Shown: positions 39,280 to 42,370 of the stretch, piece after piece
Numbering within the stretch: the stretch's first letter is position 1
How the letters are laid out: the number at the start of each line of letters is the position of its first letter
Virus record (IMG/VR): IMGVR_UViG_3300045242_000124
Span: 1-42,370 of that record
DNA: 42,370 bases
Strand: one strand, 5' to 3'
Origin: a virus
Notes under the pieces: model-generated
The model's input: only the letters and a program-made list of their open reading frames with translations
Told to the model about the DNA's origin: nothing
Database searches by the model: none
Translations under genes and position numbers: made by a program

Positions 39280-40202
39280 TGCTGTACGTAAGTAAGATTG
39301 CCAGCAACGAAAACACTGCTGCCGAGGATGATGCACAACTCGCTAGATGCCGCCCCTTTCGCGATTGTACCAACGCCACTGCCGAGCGTAAGGCCACCGT
39401 TGGCGGCTAGTGCCATGCTGTTCGCGATACTCGCCGTCGTCGATCCGATGACCGCCGCGTTGCCGGTCACGCAGGCGGTGCCGGTGCCGGTGGTGAATGC
39501 GACTGTCGTTGCGCCAGCGGCGATCAGCGAGAGTGAACAAACATAGATCGAAGTAGAGCCAGAGAGGGCAATAAGCTGGACCGAACTCGTCGAGTTCGTG
39601 TTGATCGGCAGATTGGTCTTGGCCTGGAATGTGCAGGGATCGGCAACAGCCTGATTGCTCGCTAATGTCACCGGCGAGCTGTTGGCCATCGTCGCTTGAC
39701 CATTGGTGTTGGCATTGGTGACAAAGGCATTGACACCAGGAACAAGCACGGCGCCGGGAGACGTGCCATAATTGGCTATTGCGCCAAGAGTGCTACCAGC
39801 CCATGAGGTAAAGCCGTTGACCTGCGTCGCCAGGGTCCCCGTGCCGACCACGGTGGCGTTGAGGCTCGCCGCAGTAGCCTGCGACACAGTGGACAAAACC
39901 GGCGTCATAGATGCGACGCCCTGGACAGTTACAACGCCGCCGGTAGCCGTTCCCGCCGTACCCTCGCCCGTAATGGTCAGCCCATGGCCGCTATCGACTG
40001 TTGCGCAGGTTGTTACTGTCGTGAAATCGCAGACCGTATTCATCCACGATAGATTGCCAGTAACGGCGCCGGTAGAAGAAAAAACGTTGAACGTGCGGGC
40101 CACCGCCCCGGCATCATTCGCCTGGACTGTGGTCGCCCCACTCGCTGCCCACGCCTGCAACGGCGCCAAGGCAATTACAAGTGCCAGTAATATGCGAATC
40201 AT
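39276..40202 (-). CDS. Secreted Thr/Ala/Gly-rich protein (308 aa) whose C-terminal ~100 aa are paralogous to 41008..41358
   Basis: Start moved to the ATG at 40202. Signal peptide MIRILLALVIALAPLQAWA|AS. The C-terminus reads IYVCSLSLIAAGATTVAF...ALAANGGLTLG...ILGSSVFVAGNLTYVQQ. Confidence 0.6.
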   Translation of the reverse strand: MIRILLALVIALAPLQAWAASGATTVQANDAGAVARTFNVFSSTGAVTGNLSWMNTVCDFTTVTTCATVDSGHGLTITGEGTAGTATGGVVTVQGVASMTPVLSTVSQATAASLNATVVGTGTLATQVNGFTSWAGSTLGAIANYGTSPGAVLVPGVNAFVTNANTNGQATMANSSPVTLASNQAVADPCTFQAKTNLPINTNSTSSVQLIALSGSTSIYVCSLSLIAAGATTVAFTTGTGTACVTGNAAVIGSTTASIANSMALAANGGLTLGSGVGTIAKGAASSELCIILGSSVFVAGNLTYVQQ

Positions 40203-40203
40203 C

Positions 40204-40419
40204 TTAGTGTCCTGCCCATATGAGTGTACACGGTCCACTCCAGTCCAAAGTACCCTGCGCCGGTGGTCCAGAAACCACGGTACAGGCATTGACAAAGGGA
40301 GTGGTTACTTGGTTGTCAATATTGGAGCCTGTATGTGGTCCGCCACCTGTGCCGGGATTATTGATGGCAGCATGTGCAGCAAGGCCGCTCATTATCATCA
40401 ATAACACCCAGCGCCACAT
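40204..40419 (-). CDS. Small secreted protein (71 aa)
   Basis: Signal peptide MWRWVLLMIMSGLAAHA|A. Ends 1 nt before the next start. Confidence 0.5.
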   Translation of the reverse strand: MWRWVLLMIMSGLAAHAAINNPGTGGGPHTGSNIDNQVTTPFVNACTVVSGPPAQGTLDWSGPCTLIWAGH

Positions 40420-40481
40420 GTCACTTTATCTTGCTCCCTGTGGAGGGGCCGTTCGGACCCAGCAGCGGGGGCACCGTGATG

Positions 40482-41003
40482 CTAGACATCGGAGTGCTCC
40501 GCCGCAAATTGCCTGATCCTGTCAAGCTTATCTGCTGCCTGTTTTTCCTTGGCGGCCAGATCGGATTCCCTGCGTAGGCATTGCGCCTCTCGGGCCTCGA
40601 GCTCGGCCTTCTGCCTGGTCATCAAAGCTGTTGCGGATGCCCATTCAGTGGCCCGCGCCGCCAACTCTTTTTTTAGCGTCGCTTCCCTCTCCAAAACCGC
40701 AGCCTCACGGGCGTCAAGCTTGTGCTGAATCTCATCAAATGCCGACGCTTTGGCAAGGATGCGCTTCTTCTCGGGGAGGAAAGCAGCAACCACACCCTCA
40801 TGTGCCGCCTGATCTTCCTTGAGTTGAGTCCGATCGGTAGCAAGATTACTCTTGGAGGCCGATAACTTAGCCTCCGCCGCTAGTGCCGATTTCTCTCGCT
40901 CCTGAAACTCTTTAATGCGTTTCTCATGCTCATGCGGCTCCTTGATCAGGGATAGCAGGCTGAGCAGATTGTCGCCCGGTGATGCACCAGTAAAACCGCT
41001 CAT
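40482..41003 (-). CDS. Coiled-coil protein (173 aa)
   Basis: Lys/Glu/Ala-rich heptad sequence throughout (EKRIKEFQEREKSALAAEAKLSASKSNLATDRTQLKEDQ...). Confidence 0.6.
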   Translation of the reverse strand: MSGFTGASPGDNLLSLLSLIKEPHEHEKRIKEFQEREKSALAAEAKLSASKSNLATDRTQLKEDQAAHEGVVAAFLPEKKRILAKASAFDEIQHKLDAREAAVLEREATLKKELAARATEWASATALMTRQKAELEAREAQCLRRESDLAAKEKQAADKLDRIRQFAAEHSDV

Positions 41004-41007
41004 GTCA

Positions 41008-41358
41008 TCACCCGTAGAACGGAACTTGTGTGTAGTAGAGATTGCCCGAGACAGTAATACTCGAGCCGCTTGAGACCAGCGTGAAGGCGTTGCCCATTGA
41101 GGTGGTAAACCAGGGCGTGCCGTCCATGTCCAGGGTCATCGACCCATTCGCAACCAATGGGATACCCCCTGAGAGGGCAACCGAGGCCGACCCATCACAA
41201 AATGTGAGAGTAGTGGTGCCGGAAGCCACCAAAAACAGCCGGTAAACCCGAATGATCTTATTCGTGACCGATGAAATCACGTTTGCGGTTGCCGTAGCGC
41301 TGACAATGGCAATCGTCAGGAGATTACTATCGTTCGGAGCGATATTAACGCCGGCCAT
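41008..41358 (-). CDS. Beta-rich small protein (116 aa), paralog of the C-terminal domain of 39276..40202
   Basis: IRVYRLFLVASGTTTLTF...PLVANGSMTLD...TLVSSGSSITVSGNLYYTQ aligns by eye with the other protein. Confidence 0.6.
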   Translation of the reverse strand: MAGVNIAPNDSNLLTIAIVSATATANVISSVTNKIIRVYRLFLVASGTTTLTFCDGSASVALSGGIPLVANGSMTLDMDGTPWFTTSMGNAFTLVSSGSSITVSGNLYYTQVPFYG

Positions 41359-41361
41359 GTT

Positions 41362-41448
41362 CTATCTCCGCCCGCGCCGCTTCTTGCGCACCGTCATCGA
41401 CTTGTGTTTGCGCTTCTGCTTCATATCGCGCTTTTGCGGATTATACAT
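41362..41448 (-). CDS. Micro-ORF, extremely basic peptide (28 aa: MYNPQKRDMKQKRKHKSMTVRKKRRGRR)
   Basis: Its ATG overlaps the TAA of the upstream ORF (ATGTATAA). Its stop TAG lies 3 nt before the ATG of 41008..41358, and its last codons supply that gene's GGAG. Confidence 0.4.
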   Translation of the reverse strand: MYNPQKRDMKQKRKHKSMTVRKKRRGRR

Positions 41449-41626
41449 TGCCGGGTCCTTTGAAGTAGAGCCACGCTACAGGCAGGACGATGCCCAGATC
41501 GTAAACCACACACACCCCGATCCGCGCCAGATCGGGCGATTGTATCGCATAGAGCGATAGCACGAAACCACCCACCCCGCTAAGAAGCAGCAGGAACCTT
41601 GCCGCGGCCACCGCCGCTATCGCCAT
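41441..41626 (-). CDS. Small two-TM membrane protein (61 aa; start uncertain)
   Basis: Internal ATG of track ORF 41441..41848. MAIAAVAAARFLLLLSGVGGFVLSLYAI...IGVCVVYDLGIVLPVAWLYF. The upstream part of the track ORF looks like out-of-frame overlap with 41580..41972. Confidence 0.4.
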   Translation of the reverse strand: MAIAAVAAARFLLLLSGVGGFVLSLYAIQSPDLARIGVCVVYDLGIVLPVAWLYFKGPGNV

Positions 41627-41972
41627 CAGCACCGCCGTCAGGGCTTGAAGAAAGACGGGACTTGATGGCGTCGAGGTAGGGAGTGGCGTTGGCGGCCTTA
41701 CGGGGGACAACCCCGGGGCCTCCCGCTCCGCTATCAGCCTCACTCTGCCCGAGGATCCTTGACTTGAAGTCGCCGATTCTTGAGTCACCTTCGTCCTCCA
41801 GCCGATTTTTGATGCTGACCCACTTGCCCACCTTCTCGAACACATCAAGCTGCATGTCGATCGGTGTCTTTTCCTCCTTGACGCGGTTCAGGAGCGTCAG
41901 GGCAAGCGCCTCCTGGGCGTGAATGATCTTCGCCCCTCGCGTTGCGTCCCGGCCTCGTTTCCAATGCGGCAT
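41580..41972 (-). CDS. Hypothetical protein (130 aa)
   Basis: Its ATG shares one base with the stop of the 508-aa wrap-around gene. The first ~90 residues look protein-like and the C-terminus is Gly/Ser/Asp-rich. Confidence 0.5.
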   Translation of the reverse strand: MPHWKRGRDATRGAKIIHAQEALALTLLNRVKEEKTPIDMQLDVFEKVGKWVSIKNRLEDEGDSRIGDFKSRILGQSEADSGAGGPGVVPRKAANATPYLDAIKSRLSSSPDGGADGDSGGGRGKVPAAS

Positions 41973-42370
41973 TACCGCTCCTGCCCCAATCTTTCCAATA
42001 GCGGACTCAACTCTGCCCCCGCCAAAGGCGCCCCGCGCTGCAGAGCATTCCCCACAGTTTCGCGCGCCGGCCGAGTTGCCTCCCGTATGGCTGTCCCCTT
42101 CTCCGTATAGGGAAGGCCTACTGTCCCACGAAGGCCCAATCCGTAGAGGGTTTTCAAAAAGCCAAGCTTTTCTCGTTCGGCAGTGCCAGAGTCGGAGACC
42201 ACCGCGGGCAAGACTTTCTGCGCCGTTTCAGCCACTCCCTGCCCCAAGTTGCGACCCATACCAAACCCAAGCGGGGATTTGTCCCTCTTCTTCATTGTCT
42301 GCAGCAGATCATTGGCCGTGAATACCTGCCCCGACGTAGCGCGCCGCTCGGCAGCATCAAATGCCGTGCG
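41972..42370 (-). CDS. 3' part of the 508-aa wrap-around ORF (same gene as 1..1255; 42244-42370 duplicates 1-127)
   Basis: The frame is continuous because 42243 is divisible by 3, and 1255 nt plus 272 nt gives 509 codons. It ends ...SPLLERLGQER with the stop at 41972-41974. The track shows only the internal-Met fragment 41972..42295. Confidence 0.8.
   Translation of the reverse strand, partial: RTAFDAAERRATSGQVFTANDLLQTMKKRDKSPLGFGMGRNLGQGVAETAQKVLPAVVSDSGTAEREKLGFLKTLYGLGLRGTVGLPYTEKGTAIREATRPARETVGNALQRGAPLAGAELSPLLERLGQER
42244..42370. repeat. Terminal direct repeat, copy 2 of 2 (identical to 1-127)
   Basis: See copy 1. The offset is exactly 42,243. Confidence 0.97.

Noticed and set aside
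40420-40481. GGGGCC-GTTC-GGACCC hairpin in the 62-bp gap after the coiled-coil gene, considered as a terminator
   Set aside because: The stem is imperfect (one mismatch in 6 bp) and no T-run follows on the transcribed (minus) strand.

Overview
The window is a complete, closed genome of about 42.2 kb from a GC-rich tailed phage or phage-like element. Bases 1-127 recur exactly at 42244-42370. A 508-codon minus-strand ORF runs off position 1 and continues in frame from 42243 down to 41972.

About 30 kb is one translationally coupled leftward unit (21739 down to 1, then 42243 down to 33819). In transcription order it holds small early or regulatory genes, large terminase, portal, scaffold, major capsid, tail-like and internal-virion-like proteins, a run of signal-peptide proteins ending in a Tat-signal beta-helix enzyme, and a lysis cassette. 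A second leftward unit (28004 down to 24708) is a string of micro-genes.

Four rightward islets exist: 22670-22932, 23972-24711, 28150-29111 and 29419-33822.

Most notable observations:
1. A rightward operon encodes a NeuB-family nonulosonate synthase, a cytidylyltransferase, a DegT-type aminotransferase and an SDR. A DUF115/Maf-like putative transferase and a SAM methyltransferase sit between the capsid and tail genes. Together these are a candidate virion or host-surface glycosylation system.
2. A replication-origin-like region has 16 or more GT[A/C/T]AACC heptamers, mostly phased at 11 bp, next to an AT-rich palindrome and a DnaA domain-IV-like gene. I could recognise no polymerase, primase, helicase or integrase.
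3. Six tandem rightward micro-ORFs are joined by a conserved AGAATAGGCCCGT-type junction downstream of a palindromic operator.

A GcrA homolog suggests an alphaproteobacterial host. No tRNA, rRNA or CRISPR array was found. All functional calls rest on motifs read by eye and gene order, and no database search was run.
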